The translations under genes and the position numbers were made by a program. The notes under the pieces are model-generated. The model had not been told where the DNA came from, made no database searches, and was given only the letters and a program-made list of their open reading frames with translations. From the human T2T-CHM13v2.0 reference genome, Homo sapiens, in assembly GCF_009914755.1 (NCBI RefSeq), contig NC_060932.1: DNA of 64,000 bases. One strand, written 5' to 3'. This document shows, piece by piece, positions 30,831 through 50,309 of the stretch (within the stretch, counting starts at the first letter, position 1; each line of letters opens with the position of its first letter).

Positions 30831-31439
30831 CTACTATGGATATTTCTGTAGCCCCCAAATAAAACACTTTCTGAAATAGTAGTGAGTAGTGAGAACTTTG
30901 CTTGAAAATATTTCCCCGTTGAAAGTTATTTGTATTTGCTTAAAAGAAAGAAATAACTATAGGCATGTATGGGGTGGGGGTAAGGGGAAGACAGTATCTA
31001 ATGGGACTGGGATGGAATGAACATTCTTTAGTCCTGAGTCATTCTTTAGAAGAGGACTCAGAAGCCAGGCCAAAGATGATATCATCCATATTAATGAGCA
31101 CTAATTGAACAGTTTGGCCAAAAACTTCCCCTTTATCTGACAAAATGTGCAGGACTAATTGAACACATTTTATGAGAGGTTTTGCTGCCAGATACCATTT
31201 CCCACAAAGATCTGCAATTTTTACATCTCCCTAGGCAAGATACTAATACAGTATACTAGGGTATATAAATAGGAGAGCAATTTCAAGTGACACAAGTATT
31301 CCCTTTATATCCCATGGTGGCCAGATCCATATGAGTCCATTCTGCTACTTTATGGCTTTTACTACTTGAGGGATTTAGGAAAAGTGGAATAAGTTGCAGT
31401 GGAGGGACACTAAGATAATTAAATAGCTAAAACGTAGCA

Positions 31440-31640
31440 CCTGTGAGGAAGGTCCAGTCATTTGCTTCATTTGATTTTATAAAGAGAAAGCTGAAAGGTG
31501 ATTTCATAATTGTCCTCAAGGATATAAAAGGTTACTTTTCAAAAAGTGGTGACCACCTGTTTTTAATCACAATTGAAGAAAGATTAGGAAAAAAATTGGT
31601 ATAAGCTGCTATGTGAGGATAAAGTTTTCAAAAAGGAAGA
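31440..31640 (+). mobile_element. Possible L3/CR1 fragment
   Basis: AAGAGAAAGCTGAAAGGTGATTTCATAATTGTCCTCAAGGATATAAAAGG resembles the CR1 3' ORF2 end. Confidence 0.4.
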
Positions 31641-32344
31641 CTGGAACATTGAAGAACAGATTCTACATACAAATTATTAAAGATTAAGAACTGTAATTTC
31701 ATTCTTAGTAGACATTTAAGTGTGGGTTTGTTTGAATTATTTTTTGGAGGCAGGGCCAAATGACCAACCATAATTCCTACTGTTTGTGACCCTCTGATAT
31801 CCCCACTTACATAAACAAGTAGTATTTCCCCCTCACTGGATAGCTATTTCTCTGGAAAACCACATGCTCTCTGCCTGTGTGTTTTCTAAACATGAATTTG
31901 AGAACGTTTTTTATTATGATACAATTAGTCTCAGAGATAGAATATTAGAGTTCAAATCTGGAAGATGAATCTTAGAACTATTAATCCTGGTTTGGATTAA
32001 TCTCACTAAGCAATTTTGAAAGTAATCTATTCAACAATATTACAAGAAATTAATTTTGTTTTGTGTGTCTCTTGTTTGTTTGCTTTTCTGGTTCTAGGAA
32101 TGCTAATTTATGGTAGTAAAGCTTCTTTCTGTTTCAATAATAATGTCTTAGGGAAAATTCTGTCTGATGTCAATCAAAAAAATAATGAAAACTGATTTAA
32201 GTATATTAAATTAAAAATTCAAGAATGCAAATAAAATACAATGATAAAAAGGGTTTTAATGATAATTACATTCTACATATGATCTATCCATATTTTAAGA
32301 AATTATCATATAAAAAAGTATTTTCCCTTTGAAGTTGCACAACA

Positions 32345-32604
32345 TTTTTCTTTTTTTTTGTTTTTGTTTTTGTTTTTTTTTTCTTTTTTTTTTATTATAC
32401 TTTATCTTTTAGGGTACATGTGCTCATTGTGCAGGTTAGTTACATATGTATATATGTGCCATGCTGGTGCGCTGCACCCACTAACTCGTCATCTACCATT
32501 AGGCGTATCTCCCAATGCTATCCCTCCCCCCTCCCCCCACCCCACCACAGTCCCCAGAGTGTGATATTCCCCTTCCTGTGTCCATGTGATCTCATTGTTC
32601 AATT
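32345..32604 (-). mobile_element. Short L1PA2-like 3' UTR fragment with long T-rich tail
   Basis: GCTGGTGCGCTGCACCCACTAACTCGTCATCTA and GTGATATTCC / TGTGATCTCATTG young-L1 diagnostics. GAG rather than the L1HS-Ta ACA trinucleotide. Confidence 0.88.
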
Positions 32605-33744
32605 TTCCATATGTGCTACTTACCTTTACTCAAATTCACCTTTTTCTTACTTAAAAAAAAAATAGAGCTTCACTTCTCCAAGCCCAGTGGAAAGCTAAAT
32701 CTAAGACTTATTAAGTTAGTGAAGGAAATTAAGCCATGACGTGTAGATAGATTTAACAAATAAATCAGTAAGGATGCTATAAACAAAGGGGCATGTTAGA
32801 AGAACAAGAGCATGGTTGTGGTCAATGTATTCTCTGCTTATGACAAACATAGGAAAATAACCTTGCTTTTCCTCCAAGAGATTGGTTAATGTATTTGTTT
32901 CTGAATGAGGTAAATGCTAGTGACATGAGAGACGCTGCTAGAAAGAACTATGCCATTTAAACTACCAGTCCTCCAGGGTAATAATGGTGTCCAGGAGTTT
33001 ATCCATTATCTACCTTATATAAGCCCCTTTGCCTCCATAGATTTCCAAGCCTAAAATTGCTAATCTTTGAATATGTTTTCTAACTCTGATAATACAAAAA
33101 ACTGTGGATGGTGGTTATATTTTTTAAAAAACATATTTTACCTGTAAATTTCAGAATCTCTGAGTTTTCAATATTTGAACTTGTTTGTCATTTGGTCTTT
33201 TCAAACCTTAATTTTTTCAAAGGCAGAGTGGAAAATGAAATAATTTCCATAAAAACATTTCATAATATAAATCATATTCTTCAAATAGAAAATATTATTA
33301 TTTACAGGAACAATAAATACATATCTATAGAGATCAGTATTTGTATTTATGCAGCTATTTTAAGCTGTCACTGAATTCAGACACTTTTGTGGGCACACAC
33401 ACACACATACAGCACATGATCTCTAGAGAATGGAGGAAGAGTCAGATTTATCTATGTAGTACACAATTCTGGTGAGCATGTTTTCATTTCAGTGTTAATA
33501 CTGTTAGCTAATTGTGTTAAAGATGAAGTCTTCTTTTCTCTGCCTTATATATATTGTATTCTACCATGCAATATCACACTGTGTTATAGAGACATGTGTG
33601 TGTGTGTGTTCTTGGGTGCACGGGTACCAAACATGTACAGGATTCAGTGTTAGTTAGATATGCTCTAGTTTTGTAGTAGTAGTCTATTTCAATTATGGTA
33701 AATATTACAATTATTAGTCACATTATGAGATATTAGAAATATTA

Positions 33745-33900
33745 TGGACTACTTAATATGTTCAAGTCACTTTTTCTAAGTGATATACATCAATCAATTC
33801 TTTTAATATTCACAGGAACTTAAGGCAGGTACTATCAGGCAGTATCATCTCCTGTTGAAAATGCCTACACTAATTCTTAACGAGATAAAAGGAGTGGTCA
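33745..33900 (-). mobile_element. MIR fragment
   Basis: ACTACTTAATATGTTCAAGTCAC...TTTAATATTCACAGGAAC...AGGTACTATC. Confidence 0.45.
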
Positions 33901-34497
33901 AAATTGCCTTCAAACTTAAGCTGAATGTCTCCAAAACTAATGTTTATAATTTTTAGGCCAAGTATTAATAGCTTCTAAAGCGGGAAACTTATCAATGTGT
34001 TTGAGACCTATTTCCCTCATTAGATAAATTAAATTATAGCCAACTTTGGTGGATTACTATAAAGATTAAACTAGAGACAGTATTTGAAGAATATGTCAAT
34101 TTATATTAGGGATTCTTTCCTAAGAAGAAGGAGGAAATTTAAACTTGTATTCTCCTTTCTTTTTCTCAGGTAAAGCAACTAAAACTCAGAAATAAAGAAT
34201 TAATTTGCATATATGAATATTCATTTGGTTTTAAAAATAATTTTTAAAATATCCCAAATGTAATGTTTTATTTACAATTATTTAAAAATTTATTTAAAAT
34301 TAATAATTGTAAAAATAAGTTACTTTTTTTCAGTGGTTGAAAATGTTTTCAGGTATAAAGTAGTTTTATGCAATCAAAGTTGTCAGCTTGAAACAGACAA
34401 TTATAAGTAATAGAAATAGACTATGAAATAGACTATTGTAAGCTTTCTGGTAACCAAATAGCAAAAATTGCATGACCTGCACAAAATAAACATGAAG

Positions 34498-34797
<300 letters not shown>

Positions 34798-35219
34798 AAA
34801 ATAAACATGAAAACAATTCAAAACATATGACTATAGAAAACCATGAAACCACAAAGAAAGACAGCGAGAGATGAAAAATGAAAAAAAAATGAAATAAACA
34901 AACAAAAAATCGCAGAAAACAACTAAGTAGCAGTAGTAAATCCTTAACTATCAATACTAATCTTGAGTAGAAATGAATTAAATTCTCCAATAAATGAATG
35001 AATGGATAAAAACAAAACCTGACTATATGCTGATTAAAATACATGTACCTCCCTTTTAAGGACACACATGGAAGAAATCGAAAAAGACATTTCATGCAAA
35101 TAGAAATTAAACAGAATCAGAGGTAGCAATACTTGTATTAAACAAAGCAGATGCTGAATCAAAAACTATAAAAGGAGACAAGGAACAACATTATGTAGTG
35201 ATAAAGGGATACGTTCTTT

Positions 35220-41042
<5,823 letters not shown>

Positions 41043-43122
41043 GGGATAAGTTCTTTAAGAGTGTGTAACAATTGTAAATATATAAATGCACCCAACAGTA
41101 GGACACCTAAATATATAAAGCCAATATTAAAGGACCTGAAAAGAGAAATGAATTGCAATATAACAATTATAGAGGCTTCAATATTGGACAGATCACCCAG
41201 ACAGAAAATTAATAAGGAAATACTGGATTTGAACAATGCGTTAGACCAAATGAACCTCATAACATTTGTAGAACCTTCCACTTAACAGCAACAGAATACA
41301 CATTCTGCTCAAGCACATATGGGACATTCTCTAGGATAAATCATTTAAGCCACAAGACAAGTCTCAGCAAATTTATGAAGATTAAAATCACATCAAGTAC
41401 TTTTTCAACCTCAATAATATGAAACTAGAAATCAATAACAGTAAGGATTTTATAAATTCACAAATATATGAATATTAAACAACATGCTCCTGAACAACCA
41501 ATGGGTCAATGATAAAATTGAAAGATACATTTAAAAATTTCTTAAGACAAATGAAAATGAAAACATAACATACCAAAACCTATGGGATACAGAAAAGCAA
41601 ATCTTATAGGGAAGTTTATATCAACAACCACCTACATTAGAAAAGGAGAAAGATTTCATATAAGCAACCTAATGTTACACCTCAAGAAATTAGAAAAGCA
41701 AGAGGAAACAGTCCAAAATTATTAGAAGGAAGAAAATAATAAAGAACATAAATAAACAAATTAGAGACTAGAAAAGAAAGACCAAGGAAATGAAGTTTTT
41801 TTTTTTGAAAAAATGTATCATATTCACAACCTTTAGCTAAACTAAGAAAAAAGATAAGAGACTCAAATAAATAAAACCAGGGATTAAAAATGAAATATTA
41901 CATCTGATACCACAGAAATACAAAGGATCATAAACAAATTTATGAAAAAGTATATGCCAAAAAATTGGATAACCTAGAAGAAATGAATACATTCTGGGAC
42001 ACATACAACCTACTAAGAGTAAATGCTGAAAAAATAAAAATGTGAAGAGAACAATAATGAGTGAGGAGACTGAATTAGTAATAAGAAGTCTCCCATCAGA
42101 GAAAATCCCAAGGCCTGATGGCCTCACTGTTGAATTCTATCAAACATTTTAAAAAGAACTGATGCCAATTTTCTACCAATTACTCCAAATAATTCATGAG
42201 GGAACACTTCCAAACTCTTTTTATGAGGATAACATTACCCTGATACCAAAGGCAAAGACATCATAAGAAAAGAAAATTATAGGCCAACACACTTTATAAA
42301 CATAACTGTGAAAATCCTCAACATAATACTAGCCAACCAAATTCAACAACACATTAAAATAATCATTTACCATGATCAAGTGGGATTTATCCCCGGAATG
42401 CAAAGATGGTTCAACATTTGCAAATTAATAAATGGGATACGCCACATTAATGAAATGAAGGACAAATATCATATAATTATTTTATAAAACACAAAGCATT
42501 TGACAAAATTCAACATTCTTTTATAATTAAAAAAAAAAAACTCCCAACAGATTAGTTATAAAAGAAATGTACTTCAACACAATAAAGGCCATATATGACA
42601 AGCCAAAAGTCAACATTATTCTCAACAAGGAAAAGTTAAAAGCATTTCCTGTAAGACCTGAAACAAGACAAGAATGCCCACTATCACCACTCGTATTCAT
42701 TATAGTGTTGAAGGTCCAAGCCAGAGAAATTAGGCAAGAGGAAGAAATAAATGGCATAAAGACTGAAAAAGAAAATGCTAAATTGTCCCTGTTTGCAGGT
42801 GATATGATCTTATATGTTAAAAAAAGCCCAAGATCCCCCCACTCACACACACACACAAAAAAAACCGTTAAAAATAGAAACAAATTTAGGAAAGTTACAG
42901 GATACAATATCAACACAAAAATTAGTAGTGTTTCTTTACATTAACAACCAATGTTTTAAAAAAATCAAACAATACCGTTTATAATAGATACACAAAATGC
43001 TTAGCAATAGACTGTTTCTGACAGTCAAGTATAGTTTATTTACTGAGTAGATAAGCCAAAATATTAATAATTATTCCTAAATGAAGGAATTATGAGTGAC
43101 TTTTAATTTTTGTCTGTTTTTT

Positions 43123-46100
43123 ATTTCTTATTTATTTATTTATTTATACTTAGGAAGTACCAGTGTATATTTCTTACATGCATATATTGTGTAGTGGTGA
43201 AGTGTGAGCTTCTAGTGCGCCTATTACCCAAATAGGTAAATTTTTAATCTTTACCCATATTCCACCCTCTTACTCTTTGAAGTCTTCAATGTCTATTATT
43301 CCATTCTATATGTCCAGGCTTACCCATTGTTTACTTCCCATTATAAGTAAGGATCTACAGTATTTGACTTTCTATTTCTGAGTTATTTCATTTAGGATAA
43401 CGGCCTCCAGTTCCATCAATATTGCTGCAAAAGACATAATTGTATTCTTTTTAATGGATGAGTAGTATTGAATTATATATACATATATGTATATATATAA
43501 TTTTTATTATTCATCACATAGGTTGATTCCATATGTTTGCTATTTTGAATAGTGCTGTGATAAACATATGAGTGCAGGTCATGTTTTGATAAAATGATTT
43601 CTTTTCCTTTGGATATATACCCAGTAGTGGAATTGCTAGATTGAATAGTAGTTCTATTTTTATTTCTTTGAGGAATCTCCATATTGTTTTCCATAAAGTT
43701 TGTACCAATTTACATTTCCACCAACAGTGTATAAGCATTTCCTTTTCTCTATATCTTCACCAAATCTGTTATTTTATGACATTTTAGTAATAGCCATTCT
43801 GACTGGGATAAGATGGTATCTCACTGTGGCTTAAATTTGAATTTATCTTATGATTGGTGATGTTGAGCATTTTTTCAAATGTCTGATGGTCACTTGTATG
43901 TTTTCTTTTGACAAAATGTCTGTTCATGTCCTTTGCCCACTTTTTAATGGGGTTATTTGTTTTCTTCTTGTTGAGTTGTCTGAGTTCCTCATAGATTCTG
44001 GATATTAGCCCTCTCTTAGTTGCATGGCTTGAAAATATTTTTTTCTCATTCTTAGGTTGTATATTTACTTTGTCAGTTATTTCTTTTGCTTTGCAGAAGT
44101 TTTTAATTTAATTAAGTCCTATGTTTGCTTTGAGGACTTGGTCATAAAATCTTTGCCTAGGCCAATGTCCAGAAGACATCCCTAGGTTTTCTTCTAGGAT
44201 ATTAATAGTTTCGAATCTTATGGTCTTTAATTCATCTTGAGTTAATTTTTTATATGGTGATTGATAGGAGTCTGGTTTCATTTTCTGCATATGGCCATCC
44301 AATTTTCCTAGCACCATTTATGAAATAAGATGTCCTTTACCCAGTGTATATTCTTGTTGACTTTGACAAAGTTCACTTGGCTGTGGCATCACTTGACTGA
44401 TGGCTTTATTTCTGGGATCTCTCTTCTGTTCCATTGATCTATTTGTCTGTTTTTATGCCAGTACCATGCTATTTTGCTTACTATAGACATCTAGTATTAT
44501 TTGAAGTCAGGTAATGTGATGCCTCCAGCTTTGTTATTTTTGTTTATGATTGCTTTGGCTAATTTGGGGTCTTTTGGGGTTCCATATCAATTTTAGAATT
44601 TATTTTCTAATCTGTGAAATATGACATTGGTACTTTGATAGACATTGCATTGAAATTGTAAATTGTTTTGGGAAATATGGCCATTTTAACAATATTAATT
44701 CTATTGATCCATAAGTATGAGCTGTTTTGTCATATGTTTGTGTCAACTATAATTTCTTTTATCAGTGTTTTGCAGTTTTTCTGGTAGAGCTCTTTTACCT
44801 CCTTGCTTAAATGTATTTCCGGGTTTTTTTGGAAGTTATTATAAATAAGATTGCCCTCCTTTCAACTGCATTATTGTTGCTGTGTAGAAAAGCTACTGAT
44901 TTTTGTATGTTAATTTTGTATTGTGAAACTTTATTGAATTTATTCATCGAAAATAAAAGTTTTTTGGTGTAGTCTTCAGATTTTTTGAGATACATGATTA
45001 TATCATCAGCAAACAAGGATAATTGACTTTCTGTTTTCCAATGTGGATGACTTTGGTTTATTTCTCTTGCCTAATTGTTCTGGCTAGTACTTTATTACTA
45101 TGTTAAATAGGAGTGGTAAGAGTGGACAACCTTCTCAAAGTCCAGTTCTTATGGGGAATACTTTCAACTTTTCCATTTTCAGTATGATGTTGACTGTGGG
45201 TTTGTCATATATGACCTTTATTATTTTGAGGTATGTTCCTTCTATGCTTCATTTGTTGAGGGTTTTGAGCTTGTGCTCTTATGAAGCGATGTTGAATTTT
45301 AAAAAATTCTTTTTCTGTGTCTATTGAGATGATCATATGATTTTTGGCCTTAATTCTGTTTAGGTAATGTATGACATTTATTTGTGTGCATATGTTGAAT
45401 CATTCTTGCATCTCTGGTGTAAAATCAAGTTGGTCATGATGTAATATCTTTTTGATGTGTTGGATTTAGTTTGTTGAGAATTTATTGATAATTTTTATAT
45501 CTGTGTTAATTAGGGATATAGGTCTGTAGTTTTATTTTTTGTTATTGTGTTTCTGGCTGACTTTGGTGTCAGGGTGATACAGGCTTTGTATAATAAGTTA
45601 GGGAGAAATTCCTTTTCAGTTTTTTGAAAAGTTTCAGGAGTATTGGCACCAGTTCTTCCTTGTACATTTGCTAGAATTTGGTTGTGGATCCATCTGTTCC
45701 TGGGATTTTCTTTGTTGGGAGACTTTTCGTAGTTGGGAGATTTTTTTATTGGATTTTAAATCCAATGTTGTTATTTCTCTATTCATGGTTTTTATTTCTT
45801 CCTGATTCAATCTTAGGAAGTAGTAAGTTTTCAGGAATTTGTCCATTTCCTCTAGGTTTTCTAGTTTGTGAGCATATAAGCATAAGGGTGTGGACTCAGT
45901 ACTGCTACCTTGGCCAAGAGGAGTGAGATGTGATTCTCTCTCATGCCCCCATTTTTGGTGGGGCTCACCACCTTCTCAACTTTGTCAGTAGGTTTGGCTA
46001 TTCACTTAGTTAGTGCAGTTTACTTCTAGTTGTCAACACAAGCTGCCCCAGGCCTTAGGAGTCACTGCACAGCCCAACACTATGCCTCCCAAACAAATCC

Positions 46101-47160
46101 CCTCCTGTACTGGTGGGGGAAGGGGGTGAAGTGAAAGATGGGGTGAGCCTGGTTCCAGCATGCCAATGGCTGGAGCCCATGCCATACTTGATTCTCGGTT
46201 CTGGCTGTGGGAACCTCTTCCCTGCTTGAGCACCAGATCCCCAGGATACTGTTAGAGCCTCTTTAATGACAAAGGCTGCCACTGCTGCTAGTTTTCAGAA
46301 CTGTGCACAGCTTGCAAAGAGCTAGGATCAAGAATGGTGTTCTGTTGTAGGTTCCAAGGTCTCGGGAAGTGCATGGGACACTTCCCAGAGCAGGTACTTC
46401 TTACAGTCTCCCAGCCACATCCCAAGGTAGATCTAGGGCTTAGAAAAGTCATGGTGCTCTACCGTGGCCTGAATTATATGATTCTATAGTGGGAAATTGG
46501 ACCACAGAAAGATACTCACTCACCCTCTCCCATATTGGGAATTTACTCTCTTCTCATTTTCAGCCAGTCCCACAGCCACACAGGCTGACTGTTCTTCTTT
46601 TTCTGGTCAGATTTTGGAGTTTCTTCGTGTGTTACTGTTGAACTCCTGTGTTCTCTCTTGGATAATATGTTTGTAAACAAAAAAGTGACTGAGGTGGATC
46701 TTAATCAATTAGAGATTTATTTTGCCAAGGTTGAGAACATGCCTGGGAAAAAGAAACACAAATCACAAGGAGATCTGTACCCTGTGCTTTTTTTTAAAAA
46801 GGGTTCTGGGAACTTCAATATTTAACAGGGAAAAAGCAAGCAGGAAGAGGAAGAAAGAAAAAAAGTCTGGGTAGGCAATGAGATAAGTGGTCACATTCTT
46901 GTGAGGATCTTACTAATGAGCAGAAAAGCTACATTTTACATAAAGTAAACATGAAATTACAGCTTTTTGGGAATGAAAGGAAGGCAGTTTTTTCATGACT
47001 AACTACCTAAACTTAGCCCTTTGGTATAGTGAGTTTGGGGTCCCAATATTTGATTTTGCTTTCATATGTGCAAAGTGTGATTGTCTACACACCATTGTCA
47101 TTCTTCTAAGTGGATGAAGTACCCTGGAAAAGCATCTAGTCAGCCATCTTGAAAAAAAAA
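43123..47160 (-). mobile_element. L1PB-like element with a large internal deletion (ORF2 joined to 5' UTR at ~45880), interrupted by a MER4-type LTR
   Basis: L1PB-type 3' UTR (GTAGTGGTGAAGTGTGAGCTTCTAGTG). Antisense ORF2 to ~45880. Then GC-richer 5'-UTR-like sequence ending CTAGTCAGCCATCTTG (47136-47151). Confidence 0.75.
46672..47066 (-). mobile_element. MER4-group (ERV1) solo LTR
   Basis: TGTAAACAAAAAAGTGACTGAG...AATCAATTAGAGATTTATTTTGCCAAGGTTGAG...GGGGTCCC...TTTCATA. TSD TGTT/TGTG. Confidence 0.8.
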
Positions 47161-47494
47161 CCTGTTGTTTCTTTGTAATATTGCTTTATAAATCTGAGAG
47201 AACTTGGAACAAATCTAACAAAATAGAAGATACTTCTGGAGAAGTGAGAAAATTGAGAAAAATGCAACTGATGAGTTCTTGATATGTTTAGCTATTATTA
47301 TTATCATTACTATTATTAAATGATACTTTCCAGTTGGCAAAAAAGTATTCTGGAGGCTATTCTTTCTACTGGGGCATAAGTCAAACTATGACAAAAGAGA
47401 AATGCATGCAGAGAGCAAGCCATAGAAGGCAAGTTAGGAAATGATACGAATATTTATCTGTATTTATTTTATTGAATCAATACTGACAACAAAA

Positions 47495-47710
47495 ATTTCC
47501 AACATTGATTAAGTACTTCCAAGTATTAGATACTAAGCAAAGAATTAAATATAGTATCTTATTTAATCATCAGATCAATTAATTATTTCCACTTTAGTGA
47601 TGAGTGAAGGAAGCTATATATATGGTAATCAACTTGCCAAGGATTACCTATTAATAAATAAAAGAGAGGAGATTCAAATCAAGACAGAATTCTGAAGCTA
47701 GAACTTTTGT
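47495..47710 (-). mobile_element. MIR
   Basis: ATCTTATTTAATCATCA...TTTAGTGATGAG...AACTTGCCAAGG...GATTCAAATCAAG. Confidence 0.6.
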
Positions 47711-49220
47711 TCTTATCACCTTATGACAGCTCCTGCATGTGTGTTAGAGAGAGAATGAGGGTGAGAAAGAGGAATATATACATTCTTATTTAAACCTATG
47801 TGGATAATCGTGTAAATACTCCTTATTATACTAATACTTCTAGTCAATGCCAGTCTCTAAGAGTATCTTATTTAGTTTTTCAGTTAGTTATATGTATATT
47901 ATTACTTGCATATAACTTGATAATGACTGCAACCGTAAAGGAACACAATCTTTTGAAATGTTATAGGCAGCAAAGGTAGAAACTCTAGTAAAAGAAATCT
48001 AGTGTCAATGATTTTAGATGATTATGTTGAAAGTAGATCTTTAAAATGATTGAGCTATAGTCACTTTTCACTAAATTTCTGATAAAGGAACCCCTGCTTT
48101 TTCCAAAGTTTCTCCTCCTCCCACCCATCCACTCTTAGCCATCTAAAGCTTAGAGTCTATGCTGCCCCCTTCTCACTTAACTCTCCAATATCTTTTCCTG
48201 GCAGGTGCATTCTATGAATTTCTTAGCAGGATCACCTGGTCTTTTTCAGGCTTGCACCAGGTTGCTCTTGCATTTGTCTTTAAGTCCTTGATGGTACTAC
48301 AGTCTCTCCCTACAATACAACTTTCCCCCTCCTACTTTCCCTCAAGATGATTTATCGTTCCTTATTCTGCTTCCTTAGCATGTTACCTCTATAGCACTGT
48401 CATATGCTCGTTATTTTAACATATTTCTCTCCCTCACTAAAATGAGACCTGGGTGCTCAGATGCCATTTGCAGTGTGAGTCAGTTCATGAGAAGTATATT
48501 ATAAATAACAACAGGAAATGGCAAGAAGTTTTCAGAGATGCTGAAACTATATTTGCAGAGTTGATTGGAGGATGCTTTGTCTGAGAGAGAGTCACGACTT
48601 GGGTAATATAACAGAAGATCTTAAATTGAGTTTTAAAAGAGCAAAGGAGTAAAGTTTTGCTAAGAGAATAGAAAATCTTACATGAAGTCCATTTTAAGAT
48701 CCTATTGCTACATGTGATTTATGAAAAGGAAAAAATAACAAAATTTTCTGACTAATAATGACATTAGATAATATTTTTTATTATAAGGAAAATGAAGGGC
48801 AATTTAATAAACCATAAAATTGGCAAGGTTTCTGGAAACTGCAATGTTTAGTTATAGATTTTTGCCAATTTATCAATTTAAAAAGCTAAGGTAGATGTTG
48901 AAATATCTGCAGTATAAAGAGAGGGCATACTAAAATTTTTGCTATAGTAGCTTGTCATTATACTGTGTTCAAGTCCAAAATTTATAACCAGATCAATCAT
49001 CCCATGTCCTTCCCTAGCTTCAGCTCTCAATGTTTCTGCCTCCTTTTCTTTGAATTTCTGAAATGCCTGACTTGGCCCCAGCCAGTCCCATCCACTCTCT
49101 GGAAAGAACACCCTTTTTCTATACTTTATCTTTGATATTCTACTCGTTTTCAGCCACTGTTTAAAATTTACTTCCTAGAGAACATTTCTCTAGCTTTTCA
49201 ATCTATTGTGATATAATACC

Positions 49221-49515
49221 TTTTTCTTCTTCTTCTTCTTCTTCTTCTTCTTCTTCTTCTTCTTCTTCTTCTTCTTCTTCTGTTCCTCTTCCTCTTCTTC
49301 TTCCTCCTCTTTTTCTTCCTCTTCTTCTTCTTCCTTCTTCTTCTTCTTCTTTGCCTTCCTCTTCCTCTTCATCTTCCTCTTTTTCTTCTTCTTCTTTTTC
49401 TTCTCCTTCTTCTTCTTCTTCTTCTTTCTCTTCCTCTTCCTCCTCCTCCTCCTCCTCTTCTTCTTCTTCTTCTTCTCCTCCTCCTCCTCCTCCTTCTCCC
49501 TCTTCTTCTTCCTCT
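49221..49515 (+). repeat. Compound (TTC)n/(TCC)n triplet tract including a pure (TTC)19 run at 49224-49280
   Basis: Counted directly. Near-pure polypyrimidine for ~295 bp, occupying the tail position of the adjacent antisense Alu. Confidence 0.95.
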
Positions 49516-49989
<474 letters not shown>

Positions 49990-50309
49990 TAGGAAAATCA
50001 ATAAGCACAGCATTTATCATCCTTTTAGCTTTCTGAGCATCTACTGGCAGCAAGGGTCAGAGCTAAATTCTACAACCCTGGAAGTAAATGCCTTCCATTA
50101 GCTCTCTTCCAGCAATTATAAGAATGCAAGCAGGAAACAATGAAAATAGTTATTATTTTTTAAACATTTGCCAAAGCAGAGAATTCCATCTAACATTTTG
50201 GGTGTTTAATAATGATACACTTACATCCCTCCTTATGAGAAATGATTACAGATACCAGTGATTAACCCTTTGACAATTTTCAGTACACTGCATAGATATA
50301 GCATATATA

